NCBI RefSeq assembly: GCF_006345805.1
Contig: NC_043007.1
Span: 12,338,001-12,402,000 of the forward strand
Direction: 5' to 3'
Length of the DNA: 64,000 bases
DNA from: Octopus sinensis
Lineage: Eukaryota
The notes beneath the pieces are model-generated. The model was not told the origin of the DNA and did no database searches. It was given only the letters and a program-made list of their open reading frames with translations. Made by a program: the position numbers and the translations under genes. Below are positions 51,460 through 63,509 of this stretch, in pieces; the first letter of the stretch is position 1; each line of letters begins with the position of its first letter.

Positions 51460-51765
51460 TATTTGTTTGTTCCTTCTCGAGCCATGCCTGGCTCATAAGG
51501 GCCGGTTTCCCAGTTTCCTTGGCGTATAGGTTCCCCACCTGGATGGGACGTCGGTCTGTCACAGGTGAGCTGCAAGATGCAGGAGGAAAGAGTGAGACAA
51601 GTTGTGGCAAAAGAGTCAGCAGAAGTTCGCCATTACCTTCTGCCGGAGTCGCGTGGGGTTTAGGTGTTTCGCTCATAAACACACACATCGCCCGGTCTGA
51701 GATTCAAACCGGCGATCCCTCGACTGCAAGTCTGCTGCTCTAACCACTAGGCCATGTGCCTCCAC
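51460..51765 (-). mobile_element. SINE family D with 13-bp TSD
   Basis: TSD ATTTTAAGTGCCT at 51447-51459 and 51766-51778. Confidence 0.9.
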
Positions 51766-51959
51766 ATTTTAAGTGCCTATGTAGTCATGAGCTAACATAG
51801 ATACTTTCTCAGCTCTCCTAGTCCTGACTCAGCAGTTCACACAAAATATAAAAGCCAGAGGGAGGGAGAGTCACCCCAGTAACCAGCTGGTATTCATTTC
51901 AGCTGTGTAGACTGGAGCAACATGTAATGAAGTGTTCTGCTCAAGGACACAGTGAACTG

Positions 51960-52178
51960 GCAGAAACGTTAGCACGCCGGGCAAAATACTTAGCAGTATT
52001 TCGTCTGTCGCTATGTTCTGAGTTCAAATTCTCCCGAGGTCGACTTAGCATTTCATCCTTTCAGGGTCAATTAAATAAGTACCAGTTATGCACTGGGGTC
52101 GATATAATCGACTAAATCCATTTGTCTGTCCTTGTTTGTCCCCTCTATGTTTAGCCCCTTGTGGGCAATAAAGAAATA
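51960..52178 (+). mobile_element. 5'-clipped SINE family E inserted in a family B-like SINE
   Basis: TSD-like AGTGAACTGG(C) at about 51951 and about 52180. Confidence 0.8.
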
Positions 52179-52319
52179 AGTGAACTGGCCAGTCCGAGAA
52201 CTGAATCTTTGACCTTGTGATCACGAGCCTAACACCCTAGCCAATGGTTCACTTTTGTCAAACACCTTCATTATGACAAAATAAACTGTACAGAACCACA
52301 TCATCGTGGTGACACCCTT

Positions 52320-53095
52320 TACTCGCTTTTACTATTTTACTTGTTTCAGTCATTTGACTGCGGCCATGCTGGAGCACCGCCTTTAGTCGAGCAACTCGAC
52401 CCCGGGACTTATTCTTTGTAAGCCCAGTACTTATTCTATCGGTCTCTTTTGCCGAACCGCTAAGTTACGGGGACATAAACACACCAGCATCGGTTGTCAA
52501 GCAATGCTAGGGCGACAAACACAGACACACAAACATACACGCACACATATATATAAAGGGTAAAGACCCCCTTCGGTCATGAATGACCATGAGATTGCAC
52601 CTAGAAAGTTACCCTCCTAGACACAAGTCCGGGCAAGGTTGTTTATGGAAGACCAGCAGTCGCCCATGCATACCAGCCTCCCCTCTCCACGCCACCAGTG
52701 TTATCCAAGGGAAAGACAAAGGTCGATACAGCTTGGCACCAGTGACATCGCAACTCATTTCTACAGCTGAGTGAACTGGAGCAACGTGAAAATAAAGTGC
52801 CTTGCTCAAGAACACAACACGCAGCCCGGTCCAGGATTCGAGCTCACAACCTCACGATCGTAAGCTCGACGCTCTAACCACTGAGCCATGCGCCTTCACA
52901 CACATATATATATATGTATATATATATATACGACGGGCTTCTTTCAGTTTCCGTCTACCAAATCCACTCACAAGGCTTTGGTCGGCCCGAGGCTATAGTA
53001 GAAGACACTTGCCCAAGGTGCCACGCAGTGGGACTGAACCCGGAACCACGTGGTTGGTAAGCAAGCTATTTACCACACAGCCACTCCTACGCCAT
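52320..53095 (-). mobile_element. Family A SINE split at its internal microsatellite by a complete family B SINE (52557-52900)
   Basis: Family A 3' half 52320-52545, family B 52557-52900, family A 5' half about 52915-53095. Confidence 0.88.
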
Positions 53096-55129
53096 TTCAA
53101 GTTGACTCGCAAATTTAACAATAAAACCAGTCTTGGAAAAGTTTCAATGAGGAGATTTTTTTTTTTTTTTATTCCTACTCATATTAATCCTTAGTTAAAT
53201 TGAAAAAACAAACATGAAATAGAACTTAAAAAAAAAACACTAATCTTAAATTTTAATTTTTCATTAAACACAAATTGGATAGATGCTATTTTAAGTAAAC
53301 AGTTACAAGACCAATATCAAATTCTTGAATTAATAATCAAAATATAAATTGATTTTTTTTTTCCCCAAAAATATCATTGGAAACAAAATACTTAAAAGTC
53401 TTCATTACTAAACACACTTAAAATGCTAACGCCTCAAATTATCATCCTTGGACATTTTAATGTTCAATTTTTAATAGCAGCTTAAATTGATAAACTGTCT
53501 TGCTTTTTTTTTTCCTTTTTTTTTATTCTTCTGTCTATCCTGCCTTTTATCTTTGATCTTTTGCTTGTTTCAGGCATTGGTCTGTGGCCATGCTGGAGTA
53601 CCACCTTCAAAGGGTTTAGTCGAACAAATTGACTCCACAACTTAGAATTTTTTTTTTTTAATTCAGGTACTTGTTTTATCCATCTCCTTCGTCAAACTGC
53701 TAAGTCAGAGGAACATAACTGAACCAACACCAGTTGTCAGGCAGTAGTGAGGAACAAACACAACACAAATACAAAGACACACGCATGTATATACTCATGC
53801 CAACAAGAAAAGCAGACGTTGAATGATGATGATGATGATGATGATGATGATATAGATATATATCCTTTTTTATTCTAGGCACAAAGCCCGAAATTTTTTT
53901 GGGGGGGGGGGCAGACGATTAGATCAACCCCAGTATGCAACTGATACTTAATTTATCGACCCCAAAAGGATGAAAAGCAAAGTCGACCTCGGTGGAAAAT
54001 CAGATGAATTACCACTAAGCATTTCGCCCGGCATGCTAACATTTCTGCTAGCTCGCCATCATATCACCATCATACACACACAAACAAAACAGGCTTCTTT
54101 CAGTTTCCGTCTACCAAATCCATAAACAAGGCTTTGGTTGACCCAAGGCTATAGAAGACACCTGCCCAAGGTAACATGCATTATTACTGAACCCAGAACC
54201 ATGTGGTTGGGAAGCAAGCTTCTTACCACACAGCCTCACCTGCAACTACACATTTGATCATCTTTCAAGAAAATTCCCCCATATATTTTTTTTTTTTTTT
54301 GGTTATATCTACTGAAGTTCTAGTTCTTCAACACGAAATGCTTTCTTCTGCTCACCACTCACTAATCCAGAGTTCACCTACGACAAGACCACAGCATGTT
54401 AGTCGATATTAAACATGTCATAACTCATTGATTGCACGCGCGAGTCAAACCTGCAAATGAAGTCTGTCACCTCACAACATATCCAGAAAACAAAATGCCC
54501 TGAAAATCACATTTGCTTTCTTATCTCGCTTCTTCTCAATCGTTCTCATAAAGTCACATTGTAATGAATCATAGACATCACTTTTTTCTACTTTGGCTGT
54601 AATAGGCCTTCTGCTTTCAATGGTATATTTCATAAATCAATAACTAATGTATTCTCCATGCCATTTGATAATAAAGACCATCTCACCCTCTCTCTCTCTC
54701 TTTTGCCGTTATTATTAGTTAAGAAAGAACAGCAGCTGCTTCAAACTTCTTCCATCCATTTACATCCTGGATGATTCAGTAGTCTCATTGGTTCGTCTCG
54801 TACCATTAATTTATCTAGCTTGACCAAAATAAGAAATGTGACTTGCTTAAGAGAACAGTGAAATGCTAATTAAATACGGTTTGAACGCCTGACCTCTGAG
54901 TCAGAACCCAATATCTGGTATTGTAACACCCAGCTGTCATATACGCCCTTGGAAGAGTAATAAACGAACTGTAGCCAATCAAAAATGTCTTCATAGAGTT
55001 ATTACACTTACATTTTGTATGCAAGTTCCTTTTTCTCAATGAGGTAAAACGAGTGGAGAGAATTATGGAATATTAAATATCTCGGTCATGGACATAGAAC
55101 ACAACCAAAGCCATTTTCTGAGCATTTGT

Positions 55130-55285
55130 TTGTGGTAAGTAGCTTGTTTACCAACCACATGGTTCCGGGTTCAGTCCCACTGCGTGGCACCTTGGGCAAG
55201 TGTCTTCTACTATAGCCTCGGGCCGACCAAAGCCTTGTGAGTGGATTCGGTAGACGGAAACTGAAAGAAGCCCGTCGTATATATG

Positions 55286-55324
<39 letters not shown>

Positions 55325-55540
55325 CTGTGTTTGTCCCCTCCCAACATCACTTGAGAACCGATGCTGGTGTGTTTATGTCCCCGTTACCTAGCGGTTCGGC
55401 AAAGAGACTGATAAAATAAGTACTGGGCTTACAAAAGAATAAGACCCGGGGTCGAGTTGCTCGATTAAAGGCGGTGCTCCAGCATGGCCGCAGTCAAATA
55501 ACTGAAACAAGTAAAAGAGTAAAAGAGTAAAAGAGTATAT
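55130..55540 (+). mobile_element. SINE family A with (AGTAAA)n-type tail
   Basis: Near-consensus copy ending AAGTAAAAGAGTAAAAGAGTAAAAGAGT. Confidence 0.88.
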
Positions 55541-55677
55541 ATAACTTATAAATAAGGGCAAACGAAAAAATTTCTAATGCCAAATATGCCGAAAAATTGA
55601 ACATATTGTCCATTACCATATAATTTTTCACAATACGCATGCTACTCGAAAAAAAAGCCGACAGAAATTTCTAAAAA

Positions 55678-55711
<34 letters not shown>

Positions 55712-55842
55712 CTTAGAAGGTTTGGAGATGATGTACAGGTATTATATATTACAAGAAATGAGGTACTCAGAAATCTGGATGGTTTTATATTTACAGATAT
55801 TTGTATGTTACATGTTTTTATACATCATATACCATATATCAT

Positions 55843-55879
55843 ATATTAGCGCTTTCGTCCATTCTAGTGGAGTCTTCAA
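55843..55879 (-). ncRNA. Degenerate hammerhead-like motif
   Basis: UUGAAGA-CUCCA(CUAGAA)UGGAC-GAA-AGCGCU-A: stem II has a closing C.C mismatch, stem III is palindromic, and stem I is missing (interrupted by a family C fragment). Confidence 0.4.
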
Positions 55880-56386
55880 TTTGACAACGGGGCCAGTCAG
55901 GCGGTACTAGCAACGACCTCGCTCGAATCTTTTACACATGCCACCGGCACAGGTGCCAGTAAGGCGATGCTGGTACCGATCATGCTCAAATGGTGTCTTT
56001 TACGTACCACCGGCACGGTGGCCAGTTAGCCGCTCTGGCAACAATCACGCTCAGATGGTGCTCTTAATACCCTACTAGCACAGGGCTGGTAACGATCACA
56101 CTCATTAATAATAAATCATTATTTCATGTTATTCCACAATAAATCATTATTCCACATTAACCAACTTGTTTTTATTATCCTGCAGTATAAAGTTCTTTTA
56201 AAGGACGTAGACTGCATACTGAAGTGTAAAAGTGGCACCTCTTCTACAATAGCCTCAGGCTGACCAAAATCTTGAGAGTGAGTTTGGCAAACAGAAAGTG
56301 AAAGAAGCCTGTTGTATATATATAATGGTGGTGCCCCAGCATGACCACAGCCTCAAGGCTGAAACATATAAAAGAATAAAAGAACC

Positions 56387-56852
56387 CAAGGAGTGGGGGT
56401 TGAAAAGTTCATGTCTTTAGGTAAAAGCAAATCCAGGAGGATCAGTTAATTATGATTTTATTCAACGTATTCCCCCTTGCAGATTCACACACTTATTGCA
56501 GCGGTCCTTCAGTTTTTTTCTAATCCCTGTAAATGAACTCAGAAGGTCAGGCCTCCATCCAGGCCTTTTGTCAATACCTATTTCTTTACTACCCACAAGG
56601 GGCTAAACACAAAGAGGACAAACAAGGGCAGACAAAGGGATTAAGTTAATTATATCGACCCCAGTGCATAACTGGTACTTATTTAATCAACTCCAAAAGG
56701 ATGAAAGGCAAAGTCGACCTCGGCGGAATTTGAACTCAGAACATAACGGCAGACGAAATACGGCTACGCATTTCGCCCAGCGTGCTAACGTTTCTGCCAG
56801 CTCGCCGCCTTTGCAACACCCTTAAAGCCAGGAACATTTCAGTAATCCCTCA
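56387..56852. mobile_element. Degenerate copy of the mariner-type MITE, interrupted by a family E SINE (56577-56810, minus)
   Basis: Homologous to 2012-2228 (ATTATG.TTTTATTCAAC...AGATTCACA.ACTTATTGCAG...GGCCTCCA.CCAGGC). Confidence 0.75.
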
Positions 56853-57412
56853 TATCTATGTGCGCGTGTGTGTATTTATGTCTGTTTTTGTGTCTCAGTG
56901 ACACACTGACGAAGAAAAGTATGCAAGCACCATGGTATTGATCTGTTAGGACTGTTGTTTTGTCACTAAACACATGCTGTGGTTTCTGTTCCTTTTACTG
57001 CGGTAAAACCTGACCTAACAGATGCTTGAGTTAAAGTCTGTGTTCAGCTGACAGAATCATTAGTCCAGACTCTTATTTTGGTTACCTGAAAGTACAACAA
57101 GCTTCCCTTCCCTAAGTCGAACACCAGGGAGCTTCTTTAGCGTGGGGTCTACAGAGTAGAACTATTTAAATGCAAATTGTTTGCATCGGTTTTGTATGTC
57201 ATTAATAATAAATCATTATCTCATGTTATTCCACAATAAATCATTATTCCACAGTATCCGACTTGTTTTTATTATCCTGCAGTATAAAGTTCTTTTAAAG
57301 GACGTAGACTGCATACTGACATGTAGATGCATAGGGAGACGGCATGTAGAATAGGATACAATATAGGATGGTGGTAAAACAGTCTCCATCCAAAAATCCA
57401 CAAATAATGGAT

Positions 57413-57471
<59 letters not shown>

Positions 57472-57618
57472 GATATAGATATATATACATGTGTGTGTAT
57501 GTGTGCATGTATAAATACATGCATACAAGGAAAGTAATATATACACACACATGCACATACATACGCACACACATATGTACGTACATATATAGATATAGAT
57601 ACTGTGCTAGTAGGGTAT

Positions 57619-57649
<31 letters not shown>

Positions 57650-58233
57650 GATGGTGGTGGTGGTTAAACTAGACTGTACCATGCACCACTCATTTGCATA
57701 ACGATACAAGATTGACAGTTCACCATTAATTACCAGAATAATAATGCAGTGTGACTTATGAATAAATATGTACACATAGTCAGAACCATATAAATTTAGA
57801 CTCTTAAGTAGTTTGCCAGACATTTTTTCTTTTTTTTTGTTTGTTTGATGTTGTCATATTTGGCATTTTCATCATTCATCTGTAACGTCCAATTTTCCCA
57901 AGAATTATTGCCATATTTCAGAGAAATTTTTACTCTTTTAAATGCCAACCCATCTAAGTGAAGTGCTGTTTCTTTAATACAAAACAGCTATTTTTAAAGT
58001 ACATATTTTTTTTTTCTTATTACCATGCTGGAGCACCACCTTTAGTCAAACAAACTGACCCCAAGATTTATTCTTTGGAAACCTAGTACTTATTCTTTTA
58101 GTCTCTTTTGCCAAACCACTAAGTTATGGGGACATAAACACACCAATGTCAGTTGTCAAACAATGGTGGAGGGACAAGTACCGTTGACGATTTTTTTTCC
58201 TCCATCTTCCCTTCTCTGGATCTTTCCTTCTAT

Positions 58234-58268
58234 GTTTCCGACGAAGAGCTCCACTCGAAACCTTAAAC
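58234..58268 (+). ncRNA. Hammerhead-like motif (CCGACGA+A variant, decayed stem III) in a Penelope-like repeat (about 58175-58350)
   Basis: GUUU-CCGACGA-A-GAG(CUCCA)CUC-GAAAC-CU-U-AAAC. The downstream TTCCTGAGC...TAATAC..TTTGTT context parallels the 34.5-kb repeats. Confidence 0.45.
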
Positions 58269-58529
58269 CCTCCTTCTTTCCTGAGCGTCCAATAATACTA
58301 TATTTGTTCCACGTCCTCGCGTTGTTGTGTTTTCATGTTTGGATTAACTATATATATATATACATACATACAATGGGCTTCTTTCAGTTTCCGTCTACCA
58401 AATCCACTCACAAGGCTTTGGTCAGCCTGAAGCTATAGTAGAAGACATTTGCCCTAGGTGCCACATGGTGAGACTGAACCCAGAACCATGTGGTTGGGAA
58501 GCAAGCTTCATACCACACAGTCATGTCTG

Positions 58530-58984
58530 CACCTCACACCCTCAGCGTTGGCACTCTCAACGTCAGCACACTGAAAGGTAGGTCAGGTGAGATTGCTGAG
58601 ATGCAGAGATGTGTCGATATATGCTGCATCCAAGAAGTAAAGTGGAGAAGAGGTTCTGCTAAGTTCCTCACAGGCAAAGAACACAGGTACAAGATTTTCT
58701 GGGCAGGGAACACTGACGGCGTTGGGGATGTGGGTATACTTCTTGCAGAGAAATGGGTAGATAAGGTAATTGAGGTAGTCAGAGTATGTGACAGAATACT
58801 TAAGATTAGATTAGTGCTCCATCATGGGTTAGCAACCATTATCTCGGCCTATGCCCCTCAGCCAGGGCTATCCGATGGACAGAAGGACCGATTCTATGAC
58901 ACCCTCTTGCAGACTACTGCATTGATGAATGACAGGGACCTTCGCTTTGTGGCTGGTGACTTCAATGGACGTGGACAACATACC
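58530..58984 (+). mobile_element. RTE-clade LINE fragment encoding the APE endonuclease domain
   Basis: TLNVSTLKGR...DICCIQEVKW...GVGDVGILL...DRILKIRL...ISAYAPQ..KDRFY...VAGDFNG are diagnostic APE motifs. Terminated by a SINE insertion. Confidence 0.9.
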
Positions 58985-59221
58985 TATTTCTTTACAACCC
59001 ACAAGGGGCTAAACACAGAGAGGTCAAACAAGGACAGACAAATGGATTAAGTTGATTATATCGACCCCAGTGCGTAACTGGTACTTAATTTATCGACCCC
59101 GAAAGGATGAAAGGCAATGTCGACCTCGGCGGAATTTGAACTCAGAATGTAGCGGCAGACGAAATACTGCTAAGCATTTCGCCCAGCGTGCTAACATTTC
59201 TGCCAGCTCGCCGGCCTTATA
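58985..59221 (-). mobile_element. SINE family E with 13-bp TSD
   Basis: TSD TGGACAACATACC at 58972-58984 and 59222-59234. Confidence 0.88.
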
Positions 59222-59675
59222 TGGACAACATACCATCACTCATAAACACGCACACATCGCCCAGTCTGAGATTCAAACCCACGATCCCTCTACCATGAGT
59301 CTGCTGCTCTAGCTCTAACCACTCGGCCATGTGCCTCCATAATAAAGACCGTAAATACCAAATTTGAAAGTTTTCTAGTCGTTGTGTTTCCTGCAAGTAC
59401 TAACCAAAAAAAATTACATTTGGCTCATTTCAAATAAGGATCAAGAATACTCTGAGACTTTTGCTTTTATAATCTTTCTCTTTTTTAAGCAAACACAATA
59501 ATCCGAAAATCCAAAAAGCTTCACTAGGTGAAGCGTACCATTATTTTAACTGCATGGCTGCTACGTTATTTTACGAACCAACAAGAAAGAAATAACAGAT
59601 TTAATAATTGCGAAACAACTTTTGTCTCTTCATATACAAAACCAATTTGAAGTACCCTTCACACTGAGTCTTCCA

Positions 59676-59722
<47 letters not shown>

Positions 59723-59989
59723 GTGTGTGTATATATGTATGTGTGTATGTGCCTATGTATATATGTATGTGTGTATGTGCCTATGTATGTATGTATGTGT
59801 GTGTGTGTATATGTATGTGTGTATGTATATATGTATGTGTGTATGTGCCTATGTATGTATGTATGTATGTATTTATGCATGTATGTATTGTGTGTGTATG
59901 TATGTATGTATACATGTATGTATGTATGTATGTGTGTGTATGTACACACATACATACACACATATACATACATATACATACACACACAC

Positions 59990-60020
<31 letters not shown>

Positions 60021-60373
60021 CATATATAAGGGGAAAGTTTACGAAAATAAACAAAAGACGAAGACAGGTGGTGTACAAAACAAACAGATGTATTAGTATA
60101 GCGCTCAGGAATAGAAAAAGTCTTTCATGTTTCGAGTCTATGCTTTTCTACAGAAAGATATACATACATACACACACATATACACACATACATATACACA
60201 CATATCCACTGGTAGAATATTTCTCTGAATTTTCTTCCCTAAATATTTTCATAGTCAAATTTGTCGTAATTTTGAAGAACGTTGGTATGTAGATTTTCAT
60301 TTGCTGCCGATTATAGCTGCACTTGCGTGGTGGATTTGAAAAATTATAATGTATATAGATTAATTATAGCACC

Positions 60374-60439
60374 TATGCTGATGAGAGATGGATGGCTAAT
60401 TACTTTATTTGTTCATTGATGCCGAAACTCGAGTACATA
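60374..60439 (+). ncRNA. Type I hammerhead ribozyme candidate with canonical core
   Basis: UAUG-CUGAUGA-G...(37 nt)...C-GAAAC-UCGA-GU-A-CAUA: exact CUGAUGA and GAAA boxes, G10.1-C11.1, palindromic stem III ACUCGAGU, GUA triplet, 4-bp stem I. Confidence 0.65.
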
Positions 60440-60604
60440 TCGTAAGTATTGAAATGTTATATTTTTCATTCCCTTCAAAATTACTCTTATCCATGGTTTA
60501 GGTTTTAACTGCTCTTTTCAGCATGTAAGGTGTCCTGTTAGGTTCACCTCTTTTGTGTATGGAAACGTACACTAATTTATATTTCCATATTTATTTATTT
60601 AGTT

Positions 60605-61026
60605 GGATTTTTTCAGTTTGAACAGCAGTTTTTTCTAGTGGTGTCATATGAAATTGTCATCCATAATTATGACCCTAGTATCGATCTATTGCATTTCAAT
60701 CTGTTTTAGGGTTAGGGTTAGGGTTAGGGGTGGGAGGAAGGGTATCTTTTTTCTTCAGAAATGTAAATAAACCCAATCTGTTTCTTAAACGAGGGACATA
60801 TTCACACGGCACAGAATGTTTTCACCTCAATAGACATCATTGATTGGTTGAATTTGCAGAAATTGAAGAAAAAAAACAAAAAATATCTTATAAACTATAG
60901 AATTTTCTCAATAAAGCCAAGAGAAAAAGATGTTTTATAAACACATTCTACCTGTATATGAAGTTTAAAAGTGTTTAGTTACATGGAAATTATTTTAAAA
61001 AACTGCCGTTCAAACCGGAAAGATCC
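60605..61026. mobile_element. About 420-bp MITE with ~30-bp TIRs and internal (TTAGGG)n
   Basis: GGATTTTTTCAGTTTGAACAGCAGTTTTTT / AAAAAACTGCCGTTCAAACCGGAAAAGATCC; AGTT on both flanks (60601-60604, 61027-61030). Confidence 0.8.
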
Positions 61027-61519
61027 AGTTATTCAATTATTTAAAATAAACACCAGTTTTACCGTGTAAAACTGGTAAGCCTTGACAGGTTAAGAAAAGT
61101 ATTATAGCGACTCTAATACTGAAAGAAAAATCACAAAAACTGGAAGAAAGAAAATTAGAGAAGAAAAAAATACAGTTAACGAGCAATTAAATGTTTTTGT
61201 GGTCGCCATGAATTGAAAGATTTTATGGAAAATAAATTGAACTTCCAACGTTGAAAACCATTTTAAAACTATTTGTAAACCATCCACTCTCTCAGACTGG
61301 TAATTTTTGCATGGGAACAGATAACGCCATAAGGTTCCTGAATAGTCTCCACAATAACATAGAAGTGACATCATGTGATCTTTTTTTTACAGAATGCAAC
61401 TCAAAGGAACAAAACCCATTTGAAGCCAACAGAGTCTTTGTTTATTGACCTTAGGGGTTTTCTAGGTTAACAGATCTGGCTGACATAATGGAGAATTAAC
61501 CCTTAGGTATTTCGACCGC

Positions 61520-62090
61520 CATCATCATCATCATCATCATCATCATCGTTTAACATCCGTTTTTCATGCTAGCATGGGTTGGACGGTTCGACCGGGGTCT
61601 GGGAAGCCAGGAGGCTGCACCAGGCTCCAGTCTGATCTGGCAGTGTTTCTACAGCTGGATGCCCTTCCTAATGCCAACCACTCCATGAGTGTAGTTGGTG
61701 CTTTTTACGTGCCACCGGCACAGGTGCCAGGGGAGGCTGGCAGCGGCCACGATCGGTTGGTGAGTTTTTACGTGCCACCAGCACAGGTGCAAGGTGAGGC
61801 TGGCAACGGCCACGATCGGCTGGTGTCTTTTACGTGCCACCAGCACAGAAGCCAGTCAAGGCGGCACTGGCATCGGCCACATTCGGATGGTACTTTTTAC
61901 GTGCCACCGGCACAAGGAACACAACTACAGTTTCCATTGATTTTTGATGTTGATGTACTTGACTCAATAGGTCTCCTCAAGCACAGGGTCAAAACAGTGT
62001 TTCTTTACTTGTCACCTGCACAGTAGTCAGTCCAGCGGCACTGGCAACTGCCAGGTGCCAGTCATAGGATTGGTTCAATTTCGATTCCGA
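61520..62090 (-). mobile_element. Family C element with four internal units
   Basis: (CAT)n tail at left; near-identical to 41160-41520 and 40125-40425. Confidence 0.82.
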
Positions 62091-62462
62091 TTTCATATCT
62101 AGCCCAAATATTCTACCTGTTTTCTGTTCAAACCAGCTAGATCTGGTCTCTTGCACCTACCATACAATGTTATTCTAAAGGTAAACAATCACATAGTTGA
62201 TATCTTGAAGCTAGAAGATAATGCATGGTTAACACGGTTAATTCAAAACAATGTGAATAAAGAAGCAGTACATTGGACAGAACAAAAGTTAGAGTTTAAT
62301 TAAAGCTTAATAGTTAATCATTTGATCTATGCCAGTAATTTTTGTCACCCTTAACTAATTATGCTTTTACTGACTGATTTCACTTGACACATTTGTAATG
62401 AAGTCGATATCTTTTACTATCATGCTCTTTTGCTAATTCATTTCTCTCCTATTTCCTATATT

Positions 62463-62911
62463 GGATCTTTTCACTTTGATCGGCAGATTTTTAAAATAAT
62501 TTCTTTGTAACTAAACACTTTCATCGATACTACGGTCATAATTATGGGTGGACACTAAAGAGGGAACGGTTTTGTTATCCAGCTCTGTTTACGAGTGACC
62601 CCTCAGTTTATGGCTACAGGGTATCTTTTTCTCTCATAAATAACAGTGACACATTGATATGACACCACCAGAAAATGTTGTTGACAAGCTACGGCAGAAA
62701 TTGTATTCACCTCAATAGATGTCAATGATTGGTTGAAATTGCCAAAATGCAAGAAATTAAACAACAAATAGCTTACAAACTACAGAATTTTCTCAAGAAA
62801 GCCAAGAGAAAAAGATGTTTTATAAACACATTCTACCAGTATACGAAGTTTAAAAGTGTTTAGTTACAAAGAAATTATTTTAAAAATCTGCCGGTCAAAG
62901 CGAAAAGATCC
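62463..62911. mobile_element. Related MITE with ~59-bp near-perfect TIRs
   Basis: 62463-62521 is the reverse complement of 62853-62911 with few mismatches; the right half is homologous to 60810-61026. Confidence 0.85.
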
Positions 62912-63509
62912 TCTATATTTATGCATGCAAGTACCAAAATAATTGTTGCATATTATTTTCTACTCAATATTTGTCTAATTTTGGAAGAATATTCTCAGTT
63001 TTATTTCTTTAAAATCTGATCTGATTTTTCTTGATTGAACTAGCTCAAGGTTCAATAGTCTATCGGTGAACAGAAAAACCATTTTTTCCCATGGAATTTC
63101 TTTGGCAAAATATTAAACAGAATATAAAGCTACTTAGATTTTCTCATTATCTTTATTTAGTAAATAAATCAGCTTCATGTATTAATTTTGAGTAAGACAA
63201 CACTCAATTTATAATATCAATTCAAGAAAGAAAAAAAAAAGAAAATACGATCTACAATAAATAATATCATCGGATAATAATAAATGTAACAGCCTTTGAC
63301 AAACTTACACGCAAAACTTCAATTTTGCTTTTTTTTTATTTTATAACTTATGATCTTTTTTTTTTTGCAAATGATTTCTCAGGTTTCATATTTATACAAA
63401 CACTATGACGACAATGATGACGAGGGGGGGGGGAGGGGGACGATGACAGCCAACGAACATTCTACAACTCATTCGCCATAAACTGTATACATGGAGCAAA
63501 CTCACGCAT

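Noticed and set aside
54300-55100. Unique higher-complexity stretch with several acceptor-like sites on the minus strand
   Set aside because: All frames close within about 20-55 codons and no product was recognised; cannot be supported without RNA data.
60707-60730. Interstitial telomere or chromosome fusion site
   Set aside because: Only 3-4 TTAGGG units, lying inside a MITE.
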